Positions 51,361 through 64,000 of a stretch of 64,000 bases of DNA are shown piece after piece. Source of the DNA: Phoronis australis (taxonomy: Eukaryota > Animalia > Phoronida); NCBI GenBank assembly GCA_002633005.1, contig NMRA01000152.1:756812-820811 (forward strand), written 5' to 3'. The position numbers were made by a program, and so were the translations under genes. Every line of letters begins with the position of its first letter. The stretch's first letter is position 1. The notes under the pieces were generated by a model that saw only the letters and a list, made by a program, of their open reading frames with translations, had not been told where the DNA came from and made no database searches.

Positions 51361-51620
51361 CATGCACGCACCCAGGGGAGCTCGGCGTCTCAAACGGCCC
51401 CCTCCCCATTAAGCGAAGTGGGCAAAAGGTCCGCCTCAGAGATCCGAAAAAGTAGAACGAAACAAAAATCTAGGCCTACTAAAAACTAAAGACACTGAAG
51501 AACTACCAAAATTCTAATGCAATATTTATAGCTCAGTCTGAACGTACCCCGTGAATCTTAGTAAAAGGTCCACATTCTCAAAAATTCGAGTACCCCATTT
51601 TTAGGATGGGTGCGCGCATG
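51361..51620. mobile_element. Short hAT-like MITE
   Basis: Inverted termini CATGCACGCACCCA and TGGGTGCGCGCATG; no clear target-site duplication. Confidence 0.55.
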
Positions 51621-51869
51621 CATAGCGTGTCAAAACCCCCTTATATCACTTCACTGCAGTTAAGAGACGTGATTCCAGTACTTGAATGAACTGACCGTCT
51701 AGACGACCGAGCCCGGGGGTCACTCATATTGACAAGATGCCCGCAGGTGTGTCAGCAAGTTTGCGGAACCTGCACGGGTTCCAATAAGCCAAATTTCGAA
51801 AAAGGGGTTAAGCAGAAACATCTACCCCCGCAACTTTTGAAAAGAGAGGTTGAGAATTAGCAGACCTGG

Positions 51870-54262
51870 CAGTGGCGGATCTACGGGGGGGGNNNNNNNN
51901 NNNNNNNNNNNNNNNNNNNNNNNNNNNNNNNNNNNNNNNNNNNNNNNNNNNNNNNNNNNNNNNNNNNNNNNNNNNNNNNNNNNNNNNNNNNNNNNNNNNN
52001 NNNNNNNNNNNNNNNNNNNNNNNNNNNNNNNNNNNNNNNNNNNNNNNNNNNNNNNNNNNNNNNNNNNNNNNNNNNNNNNNNNNNNNNNNNNNNNNNNNNN
52101 NNNNNNNNNNNNNNNNNNNNNNNNNNNNNNNNNNNNNNNNNNNNNNNNNNNNNNNNNNNNNNNNNNNNNNNNNNNNNNNNNNNNNNNNNNNNNNNNNNNN
52201 NNNNNNNNNNNNNNNNNNNNNNNNNNNNNNNNNNNNNNNNNNNNNNNNNNNNNNNNNNNNNNNNNNNNNNNNNNNNNNNNNNNNNNNNNNNNNNNNNNNN
52301 NNNNNNNNNNNNNNNNNNNNNNNNNNNNNNNNNNNNNNNNNNNNNNNNNNNNNNNNNNNNNNNNNNNNNNNNNNNNNNNNNNNNNNNNNNNNNNNNNNNN
52401 NNNNNNNNNNNNNNNNNNNNNNNNNNNNNNNNNNNNNNNNNNNNNNNNNNNNNNNNNNNNNNNGCAGAAAGGCCCACCCGAAGAAACGCCCATGCCCATC
52501 GGCATTTTTTTGATGTTAGTACTTCACGTTTCAAGCGTTCAGACATTGGGACGTTAATTTCGAAAATTGCAAGAGATGCAAATGGGTCCTGGGATACATC
52601 GTCAAGGTTTGAAGTAGTCCATGATGAACGGATCGAATTTAGTGCGCACGCTGTAACTCTTTTGAATGGACTTGGTTATCTCAGGGGGCTTAGTGCCAAC
52701 TGAGCTGCGAAACGAGATGTTGACAATGTAGAGACGTACAAGCTCATTGACACAGCAGTTGACGAAGTGCAAGCGTTGGGAACAAACGTCCAAGATGTCT
52801 GGGTAGAATGGTTCCAAGAGCAGCAAACCATTGGATCTGATGTACAGATTCCTCGGCAGTCTAGACAACAGAAAGATAGGACCAACGTTCCCGGAGAAAC
52901 ACCCAGGTAATAAGTTATAATTATACACAGTTTGTAATAATGTTTTTTATGCTTGTGTACAATAAAAACGAAATAGAAATTATTTTTGGGCATGCCAAAT
53001 TTACCCAGTACAGCAAGGGGTCTACGAGCGCACAGAAACTGATTCTGGCTTGTATTTCGACTTGAGTCTATCTGTTTTATATCCAAAATCTTATTTCACG
53101 TAGTGCGTAGTTAAATCTGTACTCAATACTTGTTTCTTCCAGTGAGTACTACAGAACGGTGCGAAAACCCTTCCTAGACAACCTCTCGCAGCAGTTGACC
53201 ACCAGAACTGTAAACTACACGTATGAGCTACCACTATGGATTAAAAAGTGTCTAGAGAGAAGTTTTCAATTCAATTTTTTTTGCAAAGTACGCTTTAGGT
53301 CTCGCGACGGACCAGGCCAGCTTGATTTGTGTAAATATCGAGTTTCAGTGTACTTCTGGTCTCTCGGCGAACTAGTCTTGTGAAGTTTTTTACCAAAGTG
53401 TGCTTTGTAAAACTGTTTATCTCAGCCAGTATTGTTTGGTCCCGCGACAGATCGACTATTTTTATAGGGATAATGAGCACAGGTGTACTTTTGGTCTCGT
53501 GACGGACCAGGCCAGAGTTTTTGTGTACTCTCAGTGTACATCTGGTCCCTCTGCGAACTGCTCCTGTATATCTTTTCGCCACGGTTTCGTGAAACTCTTT
53601 TCAGATGATTTGTTTCCTGATACATTTGACGTTTTCCAATTGTTGTCAACGTGATTCAGCTTAATAAAGTGATACTTAATTGCTGAGAGCACCATCGTTC
53701 GCCAATTTTTCTCATAACGAGACAGAACACATGTTTATTTCCGGACTAACAGTACAGGTCTTCATTCTTAAACAACTTGAGGCTGTTGCGATCATCTGAT
53801 ATTCAAGTTTTTACGCCCCGTCAATGCTCCTTATGCTCTTCAATATTTGGTAGTTGTCTAAGCCCCTGTATACACACCACACTTTTTCGTATGCTAAAAA
53901 GGTGTGTGTAAGCAGATGCTCCAACAAAAAATTTTGCTGGTGATGTGACTCAATGGTGGCGTGATTCATACCCAGATGTGCACAAATATGGTTTCACGAA
54001 ACTTGTGAGCCACGTTCATGCGACGAAATGGAGAAGGGTTTTAAATTGTCTTAAGAAAAACTCAAGAGACATGTTATTAGTGCCAGAAACTTACCAGGAT
54101 GCATGGAAATTTCACTATTTGGCTACAAAAACAAAAATATGGTCTTACACGGAGGGGGAAAACCCCCCTCCCGACCTCCCCCCTCTCGGCGCCACGTGCC
54201 TCGGATTCGACCTTTGCGGGAATCCTAAACCCTCCCTTACTGAAAACGTAGATCCGCCCCTG
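51870..54262 (+). mobile_element. hAT-superfamily DNA transposon relic with a PRKRIR/ZMYM1-like transposase fragment (spans an assembly gap)
   Basis: TIR-like ends CAGTGGCGGATCTACG (51870) and CGTAGATCCGCCCCTG (to 54262). Internal translation ~52560-53206: LGYLRGLS*..DVDNVETYKLID..IPRQSRQQKDRTNVPGETP|SEYYRTVRKPFLDNLSQQLTTR, with an in-frame stop. Confidence 0.8.
51893..52463. other. Assembly gap (N run); further Ns at 27173, 50715, 54919-54955 and 57490
   Basis: N characters in the sequence. Confidence 0.99.
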
Positions 54263-54670
54263 ATTTTAGAGATCTTCTTTCCCGCTTACTTTCAATCGAA
54301 TTTTAATGAGACCCAGCTCAGCTGAAACTTATTTCCTATAACTTAAGTCACCAAGCGGGCATAAAACCGCGGAAGAGAAAAATAAGAATGGACATTAATC
54401 ATGGTACAAATATTGTATTAAAAGGGTGTAAAAAAGTTGAAACCCCGTGGTTTCGGGTCAATCTTGCAGAGGTAACACAATGACAATGAATCAAGTAGAC
54501 GGTAAAATGAGAATAACATATCTGACACAATAAGAAAATGGTTCAAACGTACAGCAGATGTCCCAGTGAAGCGTTGGGTTGGGCCACTACCTCGTGTGTT
54601 ACCGTCAGTGGTCATTAGTAGGTATTTATACCGGTAGATAGCATTCTTCGCTTTGAGGCAAATTTTTTTA

Positions 54671-55240
54671 AGGGCTGTTCCAGTAAAATCTGTATGGGAG
54701 GGGGGAAGGCACCTTTTTTTCGCACCCACCACCCATATTTTTCATTTATTTCTTCAGCCTACCACCCGTAATTTTTTATAAGTTTGAAATGCAACCACCC
54801 GTAATTTTTTTTTGTTCTTGTGGTTGACTGCACAGGCGCTTGAGTTTATCAGTTCCTTCATCACCACTAACGTCATTCATTACTAAGAAAACATATGTTT
54901 CTTATATATAGTTATTAGNNNNNNNNNNNNNNNNNNNNNNNNNNNNNNNNNNNNNGTTATGGGCATGCCAATGAGGAGATCGGAGGGAGTGAAAAAGTCG
55001 GAGCTTTTTGCAAGTTGCATTTTTGTTTCAGGTTTTGATTCTGTGCGAATTGTTTATAAAATTTACTAAAATTACCCACCATCAAACATTTATGGCCCAA
55101 TGAAACGACAATGACCTGTAAATTTTTATTTTTTTGAAGTGCGACCACCAGCCATTTTGAATTTAAATCAAACGCAACAACCCATAAATTTTTATTTCAG
55201 TTGCTTTCCCCCCCCACACAGATTTTGCTGGAACAGCCCT
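54671..55240. mobile_element. MITE with AGGGCTGTTCCAG TIRs (right-end copies also at ~57490-57526 and ~57900-57934)
   Basis: AGGGCTGTTCCAGTAAAATCTGT at 54671 is mirrored by ACAGATTTTGCTGGAACAGCCCT ending at 55240, in a TTAA context on both sides. Confidence 0.8.
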
Positions 55241-55465
55241 TAACTAAAGGATACACACTATCATCAGATTCAAAACTGGAAAACAATTGGTCTCAATGCT
55301 AACTGAAGAACATTCCACAAGGCCATCACATTGTGCAGATTCTGGTTATAACAAATTTTAGCAAAAAATATAACTTTGTGTAAGTTGGCAGCAAATTTTC
55401 TTCAAAGCAAGGGCAGTTGAACCATTGTTTTCATGTTCACAGCAGTTCTGTAGATTATACTACTC

Positions 55466-58400
55466 TTAACAATGACAGCTGTGTCCAATCAAAAATCCAT
55501 GTGGCCATCTGCGTCTTTTCACTTCATTATTACAATGAACATCAGGCACCTGTTGAGTTGTGTCTATACAAAAGCGGGTGACATTCTGAACTTATGAGAG
55601 GACTATAGGGAAGCAAAAATCAACAGAAGCCAGTGTAATATTCAATAAAAAACACATAAAGATAATGACACAAGTTGCTGCTCAGATGCATCAGAAATTT
55701 TGAAGCGGTGACATCATGATTACTATATTTGATAATGTTTACATACTTTGTCAGACTTTCGTTTGTTGTTAACTGGTTGGCTACTGATGGCACCCTGTCT
55801 CAATTCATCCTGAAAGGTGAAAAATACACTGCAATAAACTGCACAATTACGATAAAAGCAACCCTGCTAATTGTAACAAAAAGCTTCACTGGGTTGGAAA
55901 ATAATGGTAAGCAAATTGCTACTTAATTAAGTACACATCAGAATTTCGACATCCCAAAAGTGTAGTTATTTCTTTTTGATGCATTCAACAAAACTTACTA
56001 AAAATAGCACAGAAGCGTCATGGTGAATAACTGGTTGCCTATTCAAGTATACAAAAGTCATACAAGATCATCTAAATTCAGCCACAAAACAGTTTATTTG
56101 CAAGACGCGTTTCCCAGAAAAACTACATTTTCACCAACTTTTTTGTGTTTAATAAGCGCACATACTGTGTTTCTTACGTGGAGAATTTTATTCTCAGTCC
56201 AAGATACCCATTGGTTTACAAAAAACATAATCAAAATTTGTCAAAACAAAATACCACTTTGGTGTCTGCCCGTGTTGTGTGCTGAACCCAAACTTGATGA
56301 TCCAGCAAACGCAAAATATTCACGCATTTCCAGTTTTTGTTCTATATATTCATCATTCATAAACAAGTACAAAAAAACAGACAAATACATCCATTCACAC
56401 CTCAGAAAAGACCATTCTTGTATCTCATATAAAGTAAACAACTGGTACATTGAGTTAAAGTAAACACTAAAATTTTCCCATTTCCCAGAGAAGCTGTCAC
56501 ACACAAAACTTTTAAACGCAACTAATTTGTCATGATTATAGTACTCATGAGTATATGTAACAAACTTGTGAATATTAGGAATATTTTTGTGACATCTCTC
56601 CTCATAAATGTACTGTTTGGCTGGTAATAGCAAAATGTTAAATAAAAAATCATGTGTCTCATAAAGTCCAAGAATAAGACAAACAGTTGGGAAGTTGAAC
56701 GAGACACTTTTAAGAAGTTTCTGAATTCCTTTCAAAAATCTTCTACAGGGCGACATTCCCAAAAAAGGTATGACAGTGTCTCTGGAACTTCATAACAAAA
56801 GGAACATAAATTAGAGTCCCGAAATTAGATTTTGGCTACAAAGAAGTATTTGTCGCAATAATCCTGTAGAGTGTAATACTCTAAATTGGAAATATGTAAA
56901 GTTGGGATCCTTTGTAATTTCATAAGGCAATGTGTATATTATGTTCTTCCAATCTATACTAACTCAATTTCCCAACAAATATGTGTGACAGGACGTTCGT
57001 AACTTTACGCTTATTGTTATTCTTGATTAGTTGCAAATGTTAAGTTATTCTTATGCTAATGTCTTTGTTGCGTCTCAGTGCGCCTTTGTTACGTGGGCAT
57101 GCGGGTGCGACTGTATGTTTTGGGCACTTCACTAGCGACAGGCTTAGGAGAAGGGTGTTTGCCTTCCTTTGCCTACATGAAATTGATCGTCATCATGTGT
57201 AACTGAACTGAACGTATGCCTGATGACGAAAAATACACATTTTTGATGCTCAGTGGAGACTTGCTCTGTTACATATGTCTACAACCCTTCACAATTCCAG
57301 GTTGATGACTGCATTCACAAAACAAGAGCAACGCAGAGCATTGAAATGCGCCCACAATTGCACCGCATACGGTATCCTTCTAGGGTTGTTTATTGGTACC
57401 ATAAAGTGGCCAGTAGAGGGCATATATGTAGTATGTTGTACTTAGCAAAATGGAAAGGTATGGTCATTGTCTCCTCAATAGGCTAGGGGNCTCCCCCTCC
57501 CACACGGATTTTACTGGAACAGCCCTCATACTTTTTATTTAAAAATCATCAATTTTCTTACATGTGTTAACACCAGTTTAGTGTTGCATAACTTTTCAAT
57601 TCAATAGGACTGCAGACAATCAGTTGGCTCAAATCAAGTTGCCCATGATGTGATTAATGGCATAGTGAACATATTGCACCCTGTTCACTGGCAATATGAG
57701 CTTTTTTGTATTGGGATATGTAAGGATATATGCCAATTGCATTTTTTTGAGTTTTGACGGCTGAAGAAACCAACTTGTCAACATTAACAGGTCAAAAAAT
57801 ACCACCCATTTTAATGCATCACTTCTTACAGGAACGACAACCCATAATTTGGGTTTTTTCTGAAGACCACCACCCATGAATTTTTATTTCTACTGCTGTC
57901 CCCCCTCCCTCATGGATTTTACTGGAACAGCCCTCATGAGAATCCATTAAATCTCAGGAGAATCCATTAAATCTCAGAATCCATTACATCTCAAGAGAAT
58001 CCATTAAATCTCAAGAGAATCCATTATATCTCAAGAGAATCTATTAAATCTCATAAGTATCCATACCTGAAGTCTTTTCAACAGTCCAGTGAGTCGAGCA
58101 ATTTCATTCTTTTTTTCCTCCAATTCATTGGACAATACGTTGAATTGATCCTGTAGACATTTGTGGGCTGTTTCAGCCTCTCTGCGCAGGTGCTTCTCAA
58201 TGGACAACCTTTTCTGAATAGCTCGTATTTGGCTTGTAGAATTCTGCAATAAGATGATGAGATTGAATCATAAGTCGTGTGATGTTGAGCTTCTTTTTAG
58301 TAGTCATTTTCTACATCACCAGTAGGCACCAAAATAAACTCTTCATTAGTTAGAAAACATGGTCCATTCCAAGAAAACCAACTTAGCTATGACAAATCTT

Positions 58401-61400
58401 AAACTTCAGTCAATTCTAAGATAAAACCTGAATTTGTCTCAAGACCACTTCAAGAGGTCTTAAGTTTGACTTAATTTTTTTACTAAGTTTTGTCTTAAGT
58501 TAAACCATATTACTGGATGTTGAAGTTTCAAAGTTTGGAAGTTGAGAAATAATTTAGACTTAAATAAAAATGAACTTAAGTCAGTTTTTTGAACGGGCTG
58601 AAAGTTTCTTAATTTCCTTTGACAATCAACCTGAACTTTAAAAAGGTAACCATTTGAATAATTCACCATTAATTTTTGCACCATACACATAATATTAAAG
58701 ATATAATACATTACATCTCCGTCCTTCCGCTTTCTTTCATACATTTCGTTTTCAAGCTGTTCAAGCTCCCGCTCTGCTTTGTTTGCTCTTCTCTCTGCTT
58801 TTTCTAATTTCTGCTCAGACTGCTCCAAAGCCAACTTCATCTACAGCCGATATTTTAGTTCAGTCAAATTGCAAATTATTGAGTGTCCAATTGATCGAAT
58901 CACTTGGCTACTTTGTACAATATATAAATAGTCATATGACTCAGTCTATACTTTATTTCATTCAAATTCCATATCACTGAGTGCCAGATTTATCAAATCA
59001 CTTGGTGTTACTGTATTGTGCATGCACGTCTCTCCGTTGTTACGTATTCTCACCAGAGGTCAATTTGGGTTTTAACCAATGTTAAGTTGTTGATCGGGCA
59101 GTTCAAGTTGGTCTGTGACAACGTGCGGATGTGAGTGGAAATTGTTACAATTAACACTGATAAATTGTTAGCTAGTCACTGGTGATGAACATTCTAATGA
59201 CTGGTTATATGCAGTCAAACTACTGATTAAGTATTTTGTTGATAAGGTGAGCGTATTCAACTGTGTAGACAGCTACGTCAGCTGTTGTGCGTGGAACACG
59301 TCTGTAATATTTAGTGGGAAGCTGTGAATCATGTGGGTACAACCAGGTGATGACGATGACTCGAGATACCACAAGCTCAAGTGGTGGTGTTCGTCCCTGT
59401 ATTATGTTATGTATAACTTGTCAAATATTAGTGTGTTTAAGATGTAAACATTGCACAAAATAACAAGAGAGGTTGCTATATTCGGTAGCATTACCGTAAC
59501 ACAATGGCTACTTGGTTCTCATGTTATGCAATATATACATGTATCTGTGCTTCATTACTTGTTGCTGGGCCTAGCTAGGTGGCCACTGTATTATGACTTC
59601 TGAGGATGGTGTTTAATAAATGACACCGAAACATGTCAAGTTTTAAAACCGTAGTTATTTTCTTGAATTTATGCTGCTACTTGCTATCATGGAAATATAT
59701 ACATGGCTATGAAACACTTAAAAGACACCTTACATCGAGAACACAACCTGCCTACATTTTTAAACATTGTTTGTAACCAGACACAATCACGAACCACCAA
59801 CCTACCTCTGTTACATCTATCTCAACGTCACAATCTTTCTTTCCAGTCTCAGCAGATTGGAATGTATTGCTCCTAAAACAAAAAGGATGTTTTTGATAAA
59901 CTAGCATTTCCACTCTAACAGTCTGAGAATATTTATTGTTTGTAATTAGATTTTTTATGGAAAAGTAGGGGTAACTGTAAAATGACAAGTAAAATGAAAA
60001 ATATTAAGAACTGTTTGCAAAGCATGGTCATATTTTTTCTACAGACAGGAATCTTTTACTAACATTTATTTGTTTATTTATTTATTGTAATATTTACAAT
60101 GAGGGTGGCCTCTTCAGTGATAGCACTGCTTTCCGAGAGGGCGCTTAGCAACAAAATATAAAACAGTACAACATGTAGGACAGGCTACCAGAACAACAGG
60201 TCTTGGGAACACAACATATCTCCAGACTTGTGAACACGGCTCAGACAAAAGTTATTTAGGTTAACGTTGGACCGTAGAAAAGCATCATCCTACTCTGGAT
60301 AACTTTTAAGCATCATATCTGAGAAATGGCTCAACAGATTCAAATCTTTTTTGTGCTATTCTCCACAAGAGGAGCTATCGAAAGAGGAATTTGATGATCA
60401 AAAAATCAAAAGTTGCATGAAACGAAAAGGAAATAGTCTTTTGAAATTTGATCATGGCTTTGAAATGAAATTTGGTTATGTATCATTCTTTATAACATTG
60501 ACTAGCCATGGAAGTACCTCTTTTTGCTAGATTGCACTAAAGACATGGCCATGTGACTCAATCACAGACAAAAATGTACTATAAAATCAAAAACCGAATC
60601 TTAAATTACATTTTCTACTTTCAGAAAATGAATACTCTAGCTATTTGCTTGAATGCATAATAAATAAATGGTGAAATGTGAAAGGACTTCACGATGGTAG
60701 AAAAAAGATTTCCGAATGATATAGACGAAGTGCGTTGCTAAAGATCCAATAGGAGAGTTTTAAGTTATCTCTGTTGTGGGAATGAACATTGACTTACTTT
60801 GAACCTTGGTCCTTCAACTTTTCTTTAAATTGTTGAAAAGTGATTTTTCGTTCATTTAGGGACTTAATAAGTTGCAGACTTGATGTACTGGCATCCACAT
60901 TTATAAATGCATATTGCGTCAAGTCCTGCTTCAGAGGCTGACCTCTGAGCTCCTTATTTCTCCAGCGCTGGAAGGTTGTCAATAATTCTTTGAATGTGTC
61001 TTGTGGGAGGCAAGCCACTTTCAGATGAACTTTGTACTTGTTCCGCAACTGTTGTATCTAAAACAATACCATCACTATTTGTGGGCAATGAACGCTTGTA
61101 ACCTCCACCATTATAAATTCTTCCAAACTATTTAGTGTTAGCTAGTTGACACTGCAGAAATAAAAGAAATTTATTTTGCCAGAGAAAAGTCAAAATTTTA
61201 TAATTAAATTTAGATTTTCAAAAGCTATCTTATTCACTGTCAGCTGCAGCACTACCAAAACACTGAAAACAACACATCTTTACTTCTTTACCATGATCGC
61301 GGACTTAAATACAAAGTCCACGCTAAAATTGACACAGCTGCTAATCAGGCTGTGTGAGAACATTTTGGGCGAACATGCGTGGTATTGCACAATTTCAAAA

Positions 61401-62044
61401 TTGCATATTAATGCATTTTAGTTGCATAGCAGTACTAACTTGTATTGAATGAAAAACAATTGTTCCAAAATGAGGGAAAAAATAAATTATCTCGGCCTTC
61501 CAAATTTTGCAAGCAAATTTGTTGGACTAGGCTTATCAAAATGTCACCTTTTCTATGCGGAGAATTTTTGCCAAGTTGGTCCTCAATTCCGATTTCAATT
61601 TCGTTTCCATTCGTTCAGGAGATGAGTGCAGCTTGACAGCTTCTTTTCGGAAAAGTATGACATAATCTTCAAAAGTCATTGGTTTTGATACAGTCGAAAT
61701 AACATTGCTATCATTTCCCAGTGTCAAACACTGTTCTGTAGTGAGGCCCCAATATATGTTGATGGGCCATTCCTTGAAGATACTGTTCTCCTTGGCCAGA
61801 TCCTTAAGTGCCAAGTGGGTATGGTTACCCCCTATAATTTGGACGGGTATTGAAGAACTGATGATTTCTTCGTAAGAAGGTTTTTTTGAGACGTCAACGA
61901 GCCCCAACAGAGCTGTTGTTCTAGTTTCCGGACGCATCAAGAGAGACTCTTTCAAAGCTTTAACATGCTTTGCGTCAGCAGTACGGCACATGATGCCATT
62001 GTCTGGCTGTCTCATTTGAAGCACTGGGATCATGAGATAGTTAC
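55466..62044 (-). CDS. Uncharacterised spliced gene: ParB/Sulfiredoxin-like N-terminal domain plus coiled-coil tail (5' exon(s) not located)
   Basis: Seven GT-AG exons with matching phases: 61548-62044, 60798-61057, 59806-59872, 58715-58840, 58067-58243, 55747-55809 and 55466-55549 (stop). Contains IPVLQM..RTADAKHVKALKESL..VQIIGGNHTHLAL..INIYWGLTTEQCLTLGNDSN, then E/K/R-rich heptad segments. Confidence 0.75.
57937..58055. repeat. ~20-bp minisatellite (GAGAATCCATTAAATCTCAA)
   Basis: About six imperfect tandem copies, intronic. Confidence 0.9.
60060..60420 (-). mobile_element. Retroelement 3'-end fragment with a (TTTA)n tail; related copy at ~35460-35555 in the opposite orientation
   Basis: Shared TTATT..ATATTTACAATGAGGGT(G/T)GCC..CACTGCTTT motif next to a simple-repeat tail. 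Confidence 0.5.
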
Positions 62045-64000
62045 CTATAACAAAACAACGTTAGACAATCACGTTACACTCAGTAAGCACTTCCGGGTAT
62101 TGTTCATTTCAAGCAAATGACAAATCTTAATGTGCAACAAGCATTAAACATAAAAGTATCAGAATTTCTACCCTAACAATAATTAGTTAACAAAAGTGAC
62201 AGTTGCAGAACCGTTCCGCATGCAGAACCATTCTGCATGGGGAGCGATTTCCTAAACAGAATGGTTTTGAGGGATATTCGTTTTGCCTAATCAACTTAAA
62301 ATGCATTCCATTCCCATGCCACTTGAAAGTATCAATGTGACATGGCTGTTGCGGAACCATGCGGAATCTGAGTGACAAGATGAACAACACATCTATAAGA
62401 GGAAACACATTTCATACAGGTCATAACTGTGATGGCGTATCTAGCACATAACTATCCTAAGAAAAATTCTGTAATTAGTCAATAAGGCTCCGAGACAAAC
62501 AGACAACCGCATCAAAACTTAGTGTGGCCCTAGCTCTGGGCTCATGTAGGAATTGCTTAAACTTTCGCCATAAAACTTGCTTAGCTATTTTTGTCCGCCT
62601 TCAAAAACCTTGAAAGTCTGTCTCCTAAACCTGTGATCTGGCATTTAGCTGTCAAGCATAACATCCTGTCTGATAGGTCACAAAGTGTGCACTGTAAACT
62701 TGAAGTTATTCTAAACTTGGAGCACTCTAGAGACACATTGTTGTGCAGTTCTATCAGTCTGCGTACTACTCATGATGATGAGTTTTACCAGGACCAGTTG
62801 TTTTTGTAATCGCTTCTAATTAATCATTCCCACCTGAAAAAATTCAGTGTTGCCACCCAGACATTTTCTACTCTGACATCTTGCCCTGTGCTTGACATGG
62901 GCATCCGTCATATTAAGTTATTAACCTCCAAAATAATCCCCCAACTTAATGGCTACAATATTATGTCTGTGTAGGTTCTGGACTGTACTACAAGATAAAT
63001 TGCCTGATCAGCATGTCTATGAGTGATGTCTCTGTGGAATCAGCTTCATCCATCTGGTTTTGTTTATGCTCTGGTTTCAACTCACCATGTAGCAGATTGA
63101 AGGTGCCTGATGAAGTGGTTGTTTGCTAGAGTTGTTCACTGGTACTGACTTAAAATTGATAAACAGTGACTGCTATTTTAAGGATCTGTGCAGTTTAAGT
63201 TTCATGTTCCTGGGTCAGATAAGAGGTGTAGTAGTAATGGTTTGTTCAACTACAGCACTTACATGATGAAAGCAGTCAGACAGATTGTGGCTGACAACTT
63301 GGTTACTTTGTTTTATATATCTGAGGTTACTGTAACTCAGATCTCATGACTGTTTATAGTGTTGTCAGCTAATTCAATATTTATGTTCTAAAACTGGCTT
63401 GAAATGTTTATCTCAAACATGCTTTATCAATTAGTTGTCAAGGTTACAAACTTGAAAGCAGCTTTTTCAAACTGGTTGTAACTCCAGAACTAAGAACAGC
63501 TGGATATATAGGTAAGACTGAACAATGAACTTAATGTTGAAATTTGCTATATAATGATTAGATTACATTTAACAAGGAATAATTAATTTATAAGTGTTCA
63601 GTCACATTAATTTTGTAGTGGAAATATCTTTCAATTCTGCGCAAAATTAATTACTGGTATGTTTTATTGCCATTACCAAAAGTACATACCCCCCCAACAC
63701 AGTTGACCATTCCCTTACAGTAAAAGAGCAGATTTCAAGGGAATGACAGGCATGAAATGGAATATTCACTTGCTATTTATAGGACTCAGAATCCAAGTGA
63801 GAAATGTCGTTTTGCATTTCGACTTTATTAGAAGTGAGTGTTGAGTCGACACGAAGGTTTCCCGAAATTAATTCATTTTGAAGTTGTGAAAGCATTCGCC
63901 ACTTTAACATATGTACTGCACTCCAACATTGCCAGTGGCGCTCACAATTGGCCAATGGCAAGCTGGCGAGTGGCTAGTGCAAGCCCAGGAAGGTGACAGA

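Noticed and set aside
51822-52557. Four long ORFs of 213-235 aa in the ORF track
   Set aside because: Artefacts of translating through the N gap.
56020-56762. 147-aa and 173-aa overlapping ORFs
   Set aside because: AT-rich intronic sequence of the ParB-like gene with no motifs; likely spurious.

Overview
AT-rich, intron-rich eukaryotic genomic DNA from a draft assembly with N-gaps. It is probably a marine invertebrate (lophotrochozoan/mollusc-like), inferred from gene content and repeats. Hand-splicing on GT-AG boundaries gives six protein-coding loci. (1) An intronless WSC-domain plus CHST-type sulfotransferase (- strand, 5.8-7.1 kb). (2) A divergent non-alpha nicotinic acetylcholine receptor-like subunit (-, 8.5-20.7 kb). 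(3) An 11-exon beta-1,3-glucan-binding/GH16 glucanase gene (+, 26.5-33.8 kb). (4) TIMM22 (+, from 37.0 kb; last exon not found). (5) STUB1/CHIP (-, 47.8-51.2 kb; middle exons probably lost at a 1-N join). (6) A 7-exon uncharacterised gene (-, 55.5-62.0 kb) encoding a ParB/Srx-like domain (IIGGNH motif) followed by coiled coils, which is the most unusual locus here. The rest is LINE remnants, a hAT element with an intron-split transposase relic, MITEs, microsatellites, a palindromic ~76-bp tandem array, and an unexplained GC-rich hairpin-forming island just upstream of TIMM22. All calls are by eye; no database searches were run.
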